From Malacoraja senta (lineage: Eukaryota), in assembly GCA_038087875.1 (NCBI GenBank), contig CM076002.1:248001-312000 (forward strand): a stretch of 64,000 nt of DNA. The letters run 5' to 3'. How positions within the stretch are numbered: the stretch's first letter is position 1; each line of letters begins with the position of its first letter. Below are positions 41,096 to 52,422 of the stretch, piece by piece. A program made the position numbers and the translations under genes. The notes beneath the pieces were generated by a model. That model saw nothing but the letters and a program-made list of their open reading frames with translations. It searched no databases and was not told where the DNA came from.

Positions 41096-41116
41096 TACCC
41101 CTTGGTCATTTTCGTT

Positions 41117-42735
41117 TAATTTAGAGATACAGCACGGAAACAGGCCCTTTGGCCCACTGGGTCCAAATGACCAGCGATCCCCACACATTAACATGACTCT
41201 ACACACACTGCAGACAATTTTACGTTTAAGTAAGTAGTAAGTTTATTGGCCAAGTATTCACATACAAGGAATTTGCCTTGGTGCTCCGCCCACAAGTAAC
41301 AACATGACATACAGTGACAGTTACGAATGACACAGAAAACACTAAACATTAATCATAATAAAACATTAATGATAAAACACCATTGATCAAGCATGCAAAC
41401 CAACAAAATACCAGATCAAAGGGAGGCTACAGATTTTTGGCTGTTGAGTAGAGCAACTACTCGTGGATAAAAACTGTTTTTATGTCTGGCTGTGGCAGCT
41501 TTGACAGTCCGGAGTCGCCTTCTAGAGGGAAGTGATTCAAAGAGTTTGTGAGAGGGGTCAGAGATGATCTTGCCCGCTCACTTCCTGGCCCTTGCAGTGT
41601 ACAGTTCATCAATGGAGGGAAGGTTGCAGTCAATAACCTTCTCTGCTGATCGAACGATTCGCTGCAGCCTCCAGGTGTCGTGCTTGGTGGCTGAGCCAAA
41701 CCAGACCATGATGGAGAAGGTGAGGACAGACTCTACGATGGCCGTATAGAATTGGACCATCATTGCATGTGGCAGATTGTCCTTCTTCAGCTGCCGCAGG
41801 AAGTACATCCTCTGTTGTGGCTTATTGACTGTGGAGTCGATGGTAGCCCCCCACTTAAGGTCCTTGGAGATGATGGTTCCCAGGAACTTAAAAGACTCCA
41901 CAAATGTGACTGTGGTGTTGTTGATGGTGAGTGGGGTGAGTGGGGTGAGCTCTCCTAAAGTCTACAATCAATTCCACTGTCTTAAGAGCATTGAGCTCTA
42001 GGTTGTTGCGACGGCACCAGGACCCCAACTGTGACACTTCCTGTCTGTAGGCAGATTCCTCCCCATCCTGGATCAGTCTAATCAGGGTTGTGTTGTCCGC
42101 AAACTTGAGAAGCTTGACAGAGGTGTCTGTGGAGGTGCAGTCGTTGGTGTAGAGAGAGCAGAGGAGAGGAGAGTACGCAGCCTTGTACGGAGAGTACGGT
42201 GCTCCTATGCTGTGCGTTTGCGGGTTCGAGATGTGCTTTCCCAGCCTCACATGCTGCTTCCTGTCTGTCAGGAAGCTGGTGATCCACCGACAGAGGGGTT
42301 CAGGCACAGTCAACTCAGAAAGTTTGGAGTGTAGTAGCTCTGGCACAGTGGTGTTGAATGCAGAGCTAAAATCAACAAACAGGATCCTCGCATAGGTCCC
42401 CTGGCGGTCTAGGTGCTGTAGGATGAAGTGCGGGCCCAGGTTGACTGCATCATCCATAGATCTATTGGCCCGAAATGCAAACTGCAGAGGGTCCAGCAGG
42501 GGGTTTGTGATATTTTTCAGCGTGGCCAGCACAAGCCTTTCGAGTGTCTTCATGACCTCAGAGGTCAGTGCGACAGGCCTGTAGCCATTAAGAAAAGTAA
42601 TCCTTGCCTCTGACTATTTATACCAACCAAATTAACGTGTACGTCTTTGGAATGTGGGAGGAAACCTAAGATCTTGGAGAAAGCCCACGCCGGTCACAGG
42701 GAGAACGTACAAACTCCATACAGACTAGATCCCGT
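41117..42735 (-). mobile_element. HE1/V-SINE-like element split by a Rex1 insertion
   Basis: Recognised V-domain-like core TGTGGGAGGAAACC...CCCACGCCGGTCACAGGGAGAACGTACAAACTCCATACAGAC at about 42654-42725, and a CR1-like tail at 41117-41160. Confidence 0.6.
41226..42610 (-). mobile_element. Rex1/Babar-type LINE, same family as 11265-12286
   Basis: [37 protein letters not shown]. Confidence 0.87.
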
Positions 42736-42999
42736 AGAACCACTTGTCACACACCTCATGTCAGAATATCTACCTTCCACCACAACCCTCTGAATTCTCT
42801 GAATAAACCAGTTCTGAATCCATACGGCCAAATCACTGTGAATACCGTACATCTGAATCTTCTGGATCAGCCTACTATGAGGAACCTAATCAAAAGCCTT
42901 ACTAAAATCCATGCATACAACATCCACTGCCCTACCTTCATCAATCTCCTTCGTCACCACCTCAAAAAACTCATTAGTAAGACAAGACTGACAAACACC

Positions 43000-43728
43000 A
43001 GGTGGCGCCGATGGTGGCTGCCTCGCCAATGGTCTGTCTCATTTATTTCCTTTGTTGTTTTTAGTTTGTTGTAAAATGTATCTATTAGTTTATCTTTAGT
43101 TTTGTATTATGTGCGGGGAGTGGGGGAAACGTTTTTTATCTCTCCTCAACGCAGATGCAAATATTTCCATGTCGTATCTCCGTCAACACTGCGGCCTAAC
43201 ATTGAGGAGCTGGCGGCCTCTTGATGCAGACCGACTTTAGGAGCTCCAACCGTGGGAGCCTGCGGACTTATCATCGCAGTGCTTGCGATCCCTGTCGGGG
43301 ATCGAACTCGGAATCTCCAACCGCGGGAGCCTGTGGACTTTAACATCGTGGAGCTTGTGTTCCCTAGTTAGGGACCGACTTCGGGAGCTCCAAGCCGCAG
43401 GAGCTTCGATCGCCTCGTCACGGGAGCTTTGACCACTGGCTGCTAGATCTTCGATCATCCCGACTACGGATGGTTCGACTCCCCCGATCGCGGGAGCTTC
43501 GATCGCCCACTGCAGGACCTTCAATCGCCCCGACTGTGGATGGTTCGACTCGCCCGATCGCGGGAGAAAAAGGGAAAAGAAGATAAGACCTAATTGCCTT
43601 CAATCGCAGTGGGGAATGTGGAGGAGCCGCTGTGGTGGATTGTTGCTTGTTATTGGTATGACTGTATGGCAAATCAAATTCCTCGTATGTTGCAAAACAT
43701 ACTTGGCTAATAAATTATGATTATGATT
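43000..43728 (+). mobile_element. GC-rich non-coding retroposon-like element with degenerate internal CGGGAGCTTCGATCG repeats; relatives at about 31440-32048 (+) and 52624-53533 (-)
   Basis: GGTGGCTGCCTCGCC head shared with the reverse complement at about 53517-53532; AATAAA followed by a short-repeat tail; sits inside a CR1 fragment. Confidence 0.55.
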
Positions 43729-43859
43729 ACAAAGCCAAGTTAACTTTCTCTAATTAGCCCATTCTCTTCAAAATGAAAATAAATCCTATCTCAAGGAATT
43801 CTCTTCAATAGTTTGCCCTGGACTCACAGGCCTAGAGTTCCTTGAATTCTCCTACCTTT

Positions 43860-44320
43860 CTTAAACTCCCACCCCTTCATCCCCACTCTCCTCATCCCAA
43901 CCCTCCCCTTACCTCCCCCTCACATTCCCTCACTGCCCCTCCCATCCTCAGCCACATCCCCTTGCTGCCACTCCCCCCCGTTGTCCCCCTCCCTTCAGCA
44001 CCTCACCTCATTCCCCAACCCCCTTCCCCTAAACCATCATCCCCTTACCCCACGTCCCCTCTCCCCACACCGCTCCCCTCACTCTATCCCCATTACCTGC
44101 ACTCCCAACCCTTCACGTCACCCTCCTCCCTTACCACTCCCTCAGCACTCCTACCCACTAGCCCTGCACTCCCCCCTCGCCCCCTCACTCTCGCTCACTC
44201 ACTCTCCCTCATTCTCTCCCACACTCACTCATCCACCCTCCCTCACTCTCCCTCCCTCACTCACTCTCTCTCTCCCTCATTCTCTCACTCCCTCCCTCAC
44301 TCTCTCACTCTCCCTCATAA
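43860..44320. repeat. C/T-rich low-complexity tract
   Basis: Almost G-free CCCT/CACT runs. Confidence 0.9.
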
Positions 44321-45059
44321 CAATAGTGCGCAGTGTCATGCATTGGAGCTAGGAAGGAAATGATATTTTAAATCGTTAAATAGTGCTTTATTTGTCACGT
44401 ATACAACTGCACAATAAGATTCATTTTGCATTATTACACATGTTATCCTGCGAGCTTGATGTACTGGAGCAGTTCCCCCAAACCAACTTCCCTGTCCCCT
44501 CCCCACCCCCTCCACTCACCTACCCTCCCCCCCTCCACATCCCTCTTCTCCTCTCCCTCTCCTCTCCCCTCCCCTCGCCATCCTTGTGGCCCGGGGACAC
44601 CTGCAGCCGACCTTGATGGTGCTGGAGTCATTACCCCGGTTCACCCTCCTACCAGCCCTTGCTCTCCAGCTCCCTCCCGGTGACTCCGTCGACCGAGCCA
44701 TGGTGCGAGGTCCCAACAACGTCCCACCAACGATGAGACTCAGGCGCGTTCCCGGTGCCACCAGAGGGTGGTGGGAGAGCCGGACATGTTTGCTGGGAAC
44801 GTCACAGCCCGCTGCTTATTTAATTTGGTCGCAGCTAAGAAATGTATTTCTTATTTCATACATACTGTTAAAATAATGAATATTACATGTTCATAATTAG
44901 TTTGATTAGAGTCGTACAACATGCCAATCAGCCCATCATGTTCATGTTGACCAGTGGGGACCCATCGCATTAATTCCACCATTATCACATAGCTAGATGT
45001 GCAAAGGCACTTCAAGTGCAGCTTCTTTACAATAATACTATATTAATCCTCATTTCTGC

Positions 45060-45685
45060 CCTATGTGTGGGCTCCTATGTCAATGCGAGCAAGCATAGAG
45101 TTGGTGATCATTTCGCTGAACACATACTTAGTCCAACTTGGCCTATCACAGGTTATGGGGAGAAGGCAGGAGAATGGGGTTGAGAGAGAGATCGATCAGC
45201 AATGATTGAATGGTGGAGTAGACTTGATGGTCCAAATGGCCTAATTCTCCTCTTATGACTTATGACCTATGCGCTCTCCCGGTTGCCAAACATTTTAATT
45301 CCCAGTCCCATACTGACCCATTTCTGTCCTGGGCCTCCTCCACTGTCACAGTGGGGCCACACGCAAATGGACGGAACAGCACCTCATATTTAGCTTGGGC
45401 AGCTTCCAATCCAGCTGTATGAATATTCATTTCTACATTTTCAAGTAACTCCTGCATTCCCTCCCCGCCCCCCCCCCCCCAGCACTCCTCCCCTCATCAC
45501 CCCACTAGTTCCACTGTTTGCTTCCATGTAACCCTGTCATTAACACATCTTCTCCAGCCAACAATGGGCCTTTATGGACTCCACCCACCCTGAGGTCATC
45601 TGTTGCAGCTCTGTTTAGTCTGAAGAAGGGTTCTGCCCCGAAATGTCACCTATTCCTTTTCTCCAGAGATGCTGCCTGACCCGGA
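45060..45685 (+). mobile_element. Penelope-like 3' fragment (GIY-YIG end plus terminal repeat) with a CR1 tail inserted at about 45150-45262
   Basis: EQHLIFSLG..MNIHF* remnant followed by CTGAAGAAGGGTTCTGCCCCGAAATGTC. Confidence 0.7.
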
Positions 45686-45789
45686 AGGAATAGGAATACT
45701 TTATTGTCACTTAACTAGGCACAGTGAGATTCCTTGCTTGCACACACAATGTATACAAATAGCAGCCACCTACGTCGCTGACAAAGGTA

Positions 45790-46368
45790 AGGCTCTGTCT
45801 TACCTGTTTGCGGTCATCGGCGGTGAAGCGCGGCGTCACCGGTAGCGGGACCGCACGGCAACGGCGAGAGCGCCGAGCCTATCCACTGGAGCGCCGCACG
45901 GATGCTGCGCGGGGGCCGAGTAATTCAAACACGGCGGGTCCCACGTGCTTGCGGTCAGTAAAAAAAAGGGCGGGCCGACTGCGATGTCGGCCCGCCGCAC
46001 GTGACTCGCTAGCGGCGGCTGTGGCGGCGGCCGTCCTGATCGCGGCGTTGTAGCGGTGGCTGAGGCACTCACTGGCGGAGGCACGTGCCTCACTGGCGGA
46101 GGCTGTGGCAGTGGAAGTTTGACGCACGGCGCTCGAGCCACACTGGCGGCGGCCCGTGCGGGCGGCCGTGCCGCACTCGTGCATCACTGGTGGAGGTTGT
46201 GCGGTAAGAATATAGTTTTCAACAGTGTAGGTTTTATTTTAGCACCGTGCGGTGTTGGGAACACTGCCGCACGGCCCCGGAATTGTGCGTTCTCACGAGT
46301 GCGCGGTCTATGGTGGCAGATTCTTCCCGTTTCGCCGCCAATGACCGCAGACTCGTGAGACAGGCCTT
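45790..46368. mobile_element. GC-rich non-autonomous PIF/Harbinger-like MITE, copy 1
   Basis: Ends AGGCTCTGTCTTAC and GTGAGACAGGCCTT (imperfect 14-bp TIR), followed by TAA; closely matches 53995-54600. Confidence 0.78.
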
Positions 46369-48364
46369 TAAGAAAGCACGCCGGCTCCCCCTCCCCAACA
46401 GATCCCCACGCCAGGTCACCATTGTCATTTGTTCCCCCCTCCTCCCCAATTGTCCATTATCCTCCCCCCACCTTTATCATGGCGGACCCCCCACGCCGAG
46501 TCCTCCATTGTTCTTCCCCTCCCCATTCACGGTGGTCCTCCTCACTCTCATCGACCTTCGACGCATCGCCGCCACCGCGAGGCTTCACCGCTGCCGCCGC
46601 CCCACTTCACGCCTCTGTGGCGCCGTTCCGTGCCCCAGCCGCGGGCTTCTACCCACGGCGTCCCGGCCGGGCCCTGACCCGGGCTTCTAAGCGGCGATCC
46701 GGGAGGCATCGAGATCACGGCGCCCCGATAAAGGATTCTGGCCGTGTTCCCAGTCTACAGCCGCAGCCCATCGGGAAGCCTTCTGGACGCGTGTATAGAA
46801 ATGATACGTGGGTCATTCTGATGTGTTATTCCAGCATTATGTGTCTATGGTATAAATTACCATCTGCAGTTCCTTCCTTCATACATCTGCAATGCTGGTT
46901 AACATTGTGAATTATCTCCATCAGATATGAGATTATTACAAAAGTATCAAGAAGTGTGGTTACAATTGTATAGGATGGTCATGGTCACATTGTTTAAGAA
47001 AGGATATAGGAGTATTGGAAGTGGTTTAAATGAAATTACAAAGTGAATTCCTAGAATAAGATACGAATTACAAAATGAATCAGATTGTTCTATGAAATCA
47101 TCTGTACTGTTCTATGAAAGGCTAAAGAAGTTTGATCTTGTTCTATATAATATCCTCAACCTTCTGAGTGAAAAGGTAGTCCCACAATTTCCAATTAAAC
47201 CTTACCCCTCTAACAAACCTATATCCTCTAGATCTTGATTCCCCTATCCTGGGTAAGAGACTGCATTCACCCTGTCTATTTCCCCCATGATTTTGATACC
47301 TCTATAATATCACAATCTAATTACGAGGATGTTGCCAGGACTTGAGGGTCTGAGCTGTAGGGAGAGGTTATGAGGGAGCTCCCGGCTGGTGCGGAGCCGA
47401 TTAAGACCGGACTCAGCCGGTGGCTACCGCGAACAAGGACGAGCCTGGCGGCTGAGCAAAGAGGGACATCGGAGAGTGTGGAGGGGTGTCGGAGAGCTGT
47501 CGCCTGCATGAATGCCTGCGGTCGTGTCAGTCGAGGACAGGCAGCGTTAGCCCCGTCAGCCATCGAAAACAGAGCAGGACCCAACATTGGGGGCTGCCGA
47601 GAACAAAGAGGGTCCTGGCGCGGGGGGTGGGGGTGGGTGCCGCAAGAACAAAGAGGGACCCGACATGGGGAGCCACAGAGAACAAAGAGAAGGATGTGTT
47701 TCCAGCTGTATGACTCTATAAGGCCTCAGCCTCCTAAGTGCCAAGGAATAAAGTCTTAGCCTGCCCAACCTATTCTTATAAACCTGGCCCTCGTGTCCCA
47801 GAGTCACACAGCTTGGAAACTGACCCTTTGGCCCAACTTGGCCACACCGGCCAACATGTCCCTGCTCGTGGTGAAGCAAAGAAGTTGAAGCCAAAGAACC
47901 GAATGGAAAGGAGGCCGAAACGCCAATAAACCGAAAGATTACGAAGACGAAACGCCTACTAACCGAAAGGATGGGACGCCGCAATGCAAACTAACCGAAA
48001 GGGCGGGACGCCTAAAAGCTAACGAACCGAAAGCTGCGTTGCCTAAAAGCAAACTTATCGAATGGCCCCTCTGTCGAAACGCCACCTACCCGAAAGGCAG
48101 CGTCGCCTACAGGCCAACGGACCGACTGCCGCTCAACAGAGAAGTCCAATAATGGACTTGACGTTGCCAGGGGGCGGGACTTGGCTGGCTCCATTCTGGG
48201 GGCGGAGTTGGATTCATGGGTGATGGTCTTGGAGGGGAGGATGCTCCTCAAACTGTGGAGCATCCTGGACAAACACAGAACTCCACAGGGGATCCTTCTT
48301 CCCTGTGGCTATCAAACTGCGCAACTCCTCCACCTTTTGTTGTGGGGTAGACTGACACTGAGAC

Positions 48365-48564
48365 NNNNNNNNNNNNNNNNNNNNNNNNNNNNNNNNNNNN
48401 NNNNNNNNNNNNNNNNNNNNNNNNNNNNNNNNNNNNNNNNNNNNNNNNNNNNNNNNNNNNNNNNNNNNNNNNNNNNNNNNNNNNNNNNNNNNNNNNNNNN
48501 NNNNNNNNNNNNNNNNNNNNNNNNNNNNNNNNNNNNNNNNNNNNNNNNNNNNNNNNNNNNNNNN
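48365..48564. other. Assembly gap (200 N)
   Basis: Run of N. Confidence 1.
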
Positions 48565-51500
48565 TGGCAGCTGCCAGATGTTCTACTCCTGGCAGTATGA
48601 TTCGCTACCCCTTCAGAGTCAGGAGAGCCACTGGGAGAGGAAGTGGCCTCTATGATCAACTATTGTGTCTTCCATCATCTCCAGTAGCTTATGATGGATA
48701 AAAATGCCAAAAAAAGCACGAGACCCCAAGGAACTGCATATTGCTGAAAGTACTAGCAGTGAACCAAGATATAAGGGGTCAGATGGGCGAGGGCATGTGA
48801 GCCTAAGAAAAGTAAACTGTAAAGCTGCTGGGTTGAGGAACAACTGCATTTTTGCAAGAACAATGGATGGAGCCCAGGATGGAGATGCATCAAGTGGCAC
48901 TAGGGTTGCTATGTAGCGCCCACTTTGAGATGAATTGGTTCAGGAAGTATGCCATTCGGCCCACCATCAACCCCAAGTTGCAGCAATTCTGTAAAGCCCA
49001 GCAATGTGCAGTCACTCAACTTACTTCAGAGAAAAACCTCACGAAACGTGGGAAAGAGTTGGATGATGAGGCAAAAACAGCAAGGTTGATCAAAACATCG
49101 ATGGTCGGCAAGTCTGTGAAGAGGAGGTATCCTTTCAGACATCATACAGAATCCTGGGCCTACACCAGGAACAAGTCGATCATTGAAATGGGGGCGCAGT
49201 TGGCGTCCTGCAGCGGGAACACGAAAAAAGCATGGGTTTTCCTGCCAGGAGCCAGGGACCACAGGTCACTCAGGTGACAAAGGAGGTAGGTGGACCTGGG
49301 TCTCATGGGAACATATTAAGGCAAAAACAGCCAAATATTGGAAGCAAATTATTTCAGATTTATCATTCTGAGTATTATTCAAAGGTTTCGAATTGATTCG
49401 ATCCAAATAGTGATTTGCCATCCAGCATGTTCCTAGCAAAACACTCAAATTTCACAAAAAGAAGTGATGGAGGTTCAAGCTGAATTTGAAAACTTGCCTA
49501 TAAAACAAGTAATTATCAAAACCACCAAATTGTTTAAATTTTCTCGACCTAAGAAGGTGAGTATTTTAGATCTGACAAGTCTTTAAAATGTTGTGAAGCA
49601 TAGACACTTAAAAATGGAGACTTTGAGACTGCCAAACAACTTATTTCAAAAGATGTTATATGGCACCTATAGATCTGAAAGATGTATATTATTTAGTGCC
49701 TGTTCATTTGTAAGATAAAAATATTTGAAATTTATCTGAATGAACAATTATGGCAATTCAAAGTTCTGTCTAATGGGTTAACTTCAGTTCCTAGAATTTC
49801 ACTAAATTGGTAAAACCAATTTTGGGGGCTAATTAGAGCCCAAGGACAGATGTTGATGGCTTAGCTGGATTGATTCAATTGACATGGTAGTAATTTTACC
49901 CAGGGTAAAGGGTAGAGCTGATTGAAGGTTGCATTAAGCTGTTGAAAAGCAACAATCTTCAATTAAGACAGGTGGCCAGCTTGCTAGAAAAATTAGTGTT
50001 ATTTCCAGCAATACAATATGGGCCATTGTACTATCAGCAGCTACAGACAGCAAAAAGAAAAGGCACTAAGATGCATGGTGGCCATTTTTGATAGGCCATT
50101 AAGTTAAACAACAAATGCTGCTTCTGATTTGCAGTGGTGGAATTAACATGTCTCCAGTAGTTTGATCAAGATACTGATTGAACAGCCTTCAATGGTCTTA
50201 CAGACTGATGTCAGTGCACTAGGATTGGTGCCACTGAAATGGTATCCATCTGTGGACAGATGGAATATGGAAGAGGCATTATTTTTTGCAGACATGGAGA
50301 ATCAACATTTTACAGCTGTTGGAAGGCTTATGAGCTCCAATCTTGTTGTTAATACAACTAATCTGCATGTTCAAATTAACAATACTACAGCAATACTACT
50401 AAGTCGGTGTCATGTGACAAATTGGCTAATCAAATCTGGACTTGGTGTGTTGACAAATATTTGGTTTCAGCTATTTATCTACCAGGTAGATTCAATATAG
50501 TAGCAGACACCAGGGTACGGGAATTTCTGTGATAACAAAGAATGGATGTTGAATCTTAAGATTTTAATGATATAGTAGTCAGATTTGGGAAGCCAGATAC
50601 GACTTGTTTCCATCCAGACTCAATCACCAGTTACTGAGATATGTGTTATGGGAACTACATCGGGAGACAGTAGTGATTGATGTTTTCTCGCTACATTAGG
50701 GTGGTATGTTTTTTATATGCATTTTCCATAATTCTGCTTAAAAAGAAGCAGGATGCTGTCTCTGGGGTACTGGTGGTACCGGACTGGTCTACGCAGCCAT
50801 GGTTCCCTTTGATATTGGAATTAATGACACAGTTTCTGATAAAGGTTCCCAAAAGAAGGGATTTACTGGTGTATCCGATAATTGGAGAGTAACATCCGTT
50901 ATATGCCTGTATGGATTTGTTAATTTGCAGGTTTTAAAAAGAGGATTGTCTAGGCATACTGTGGACATGCTTACAGCAGTCTGGCAGAAGAGTACTCAAA
51001 AGCAATACATTTGCGAATCTGAGGTTGTGACTATAAATGCTGCTTTCCCATTATGTAAAGAATGAGAAAGAATTTCTGTGTACAAAAGAATATTGAATGT
51101 TGTACGGCACATGTCTCAAATGTTTTAGGTTTTCTCGACACTCTATTATGAGGGGTTGGGTTCTAGTGCGATTTATTCAGCCAGAGGTACATTGTCCTAG
51201 TTTTTTATTGATGGGGTCGGAAAGACATCCTGTTGAGTCTCGTTCTTTCGTTTCCAGATTAATGAAAGGAATTTTAATTCAAGACCTACTAAACCTAGGT
51301 ATGGCAATCTGGAATATAGAGTGGTTTTAAGCTACTTCATCAATGGACTCTTGGTACGATTCTGATTTTGGCCAAATTCAGCATGAAGGTAGTCATGTTT
51401 ATGGCATTTGTAACAAGAACAGAGAGTGCAGACATTACAAAAGTTACAGATATACAGGATGGAAGTACCTCAGGATAATGTTATGTTTTACATTTATGAC

Positions 51501-52422
51501 CTACTCAAATGAAGTAGGATCAGGTGTGACAGGATTCAAGAGTGTTTATTAGCTTATTCCATGAATCCATGTCTATGTGTTAAGACATATTTGTTGCAAT
51601 ACATTGAGGCTACAAAGGTCTTATGAAATATGAAAACAAGATTGTTTATCATTCATGAAAAACCATACAAGATAGTGTCAGTTCAGACTATTTCAAGATG
51701 GTTAAAACAAATCTTGGTTGCTGCAGGTGTTAACAGTGATGTTTTTACATCCCATTCGATTTAGCAGCAACATTGGCGGCCAGGGCGCAGGACGTCCCGT
51801 CGACCATATTCTCGCAGCCGCCGGGTGATCTAATAAGTTGGTGTTTCAACACTTTTACCATCGGCCTATTGCCAATACGGGGCTGTTTACAGATACTATA
51901 TTAAGTTCTGCTTAAATTCCCCTGGGTTAAAGGGGATACTGTTAATTCTATTATTCAAATAAATGAATTACTGCATTTGTCATACATATTAATGCATTAT
52001 TGATTATTTCTCGTTCCGAGTCAATCAATGCAGTGAGAAGCCGGGATTTATATCTGCGGCATGAAATCACAAAGCTTTAAAATCTTCACGTAGTCACTCA
52101 CGTGACTCCGAAGTAAAATAGTAAGATTAAACGAGAACTTACGAGTTTGAAGTTTGATCTTTATTTTATGAGGAGTTACGTTGGTGATTACGTGCCCACC
52201 ACGCCCAACCCTCTTTCATAAAGGTCAGATGAAGTTCTAAATTTACTCATTTTTACTATGTTACTATATTACTTTGTTCTTGTTGTTTGTGATTTCACAC
52301 CGCTGCTTTGAAGATTGATGCGCAGGCGCCCTGACGGATCTTCTTCACCTAATCACCAACGTAACTCCTCATAAAATAAAGATCAAACTTCAAACTGGTA
52401 AGTTCTTGTTTAATCTTACTAT
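48565..52422 (+). mobile_element. Decayed DIRS-type tyrosine-recombinase retrotransposon; left end probably lost in the gap
   Basis: RT IDLKDVYYLVPVH (about 49669) and WQFKVLSNGLTSVPRI; RNase H LQTDVSALG; methyltransferase-like DLFPSRLNHQL and VVPDWSTQPWFP; recombinase QTISRWLK..FTSHSI..FQHFYHRP (51684-51870); about 72-bp inverted pair at 52118-52190 and 52350-52422. Confidence 0.82.

Noticed and set aside
43842..44683. Pro/Ser/His-rich protein ORFs
   Set aside because: Products of C/T low-complexity sequence.
45808..46910. Ala/Arg-rich ORFs or a host CpG-island promoter
   Set aside because: Explained by the GC-rich MITE duplicated at 53995 and adjacent GC-rich repeat-like sequence; no recognisable protein.
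47880..48180. Recurring CCGAAA / ACGCC short motifs
   Set aside because: Probably part of an unclassified repeat truncated near the gap; I could not define ends or a period.
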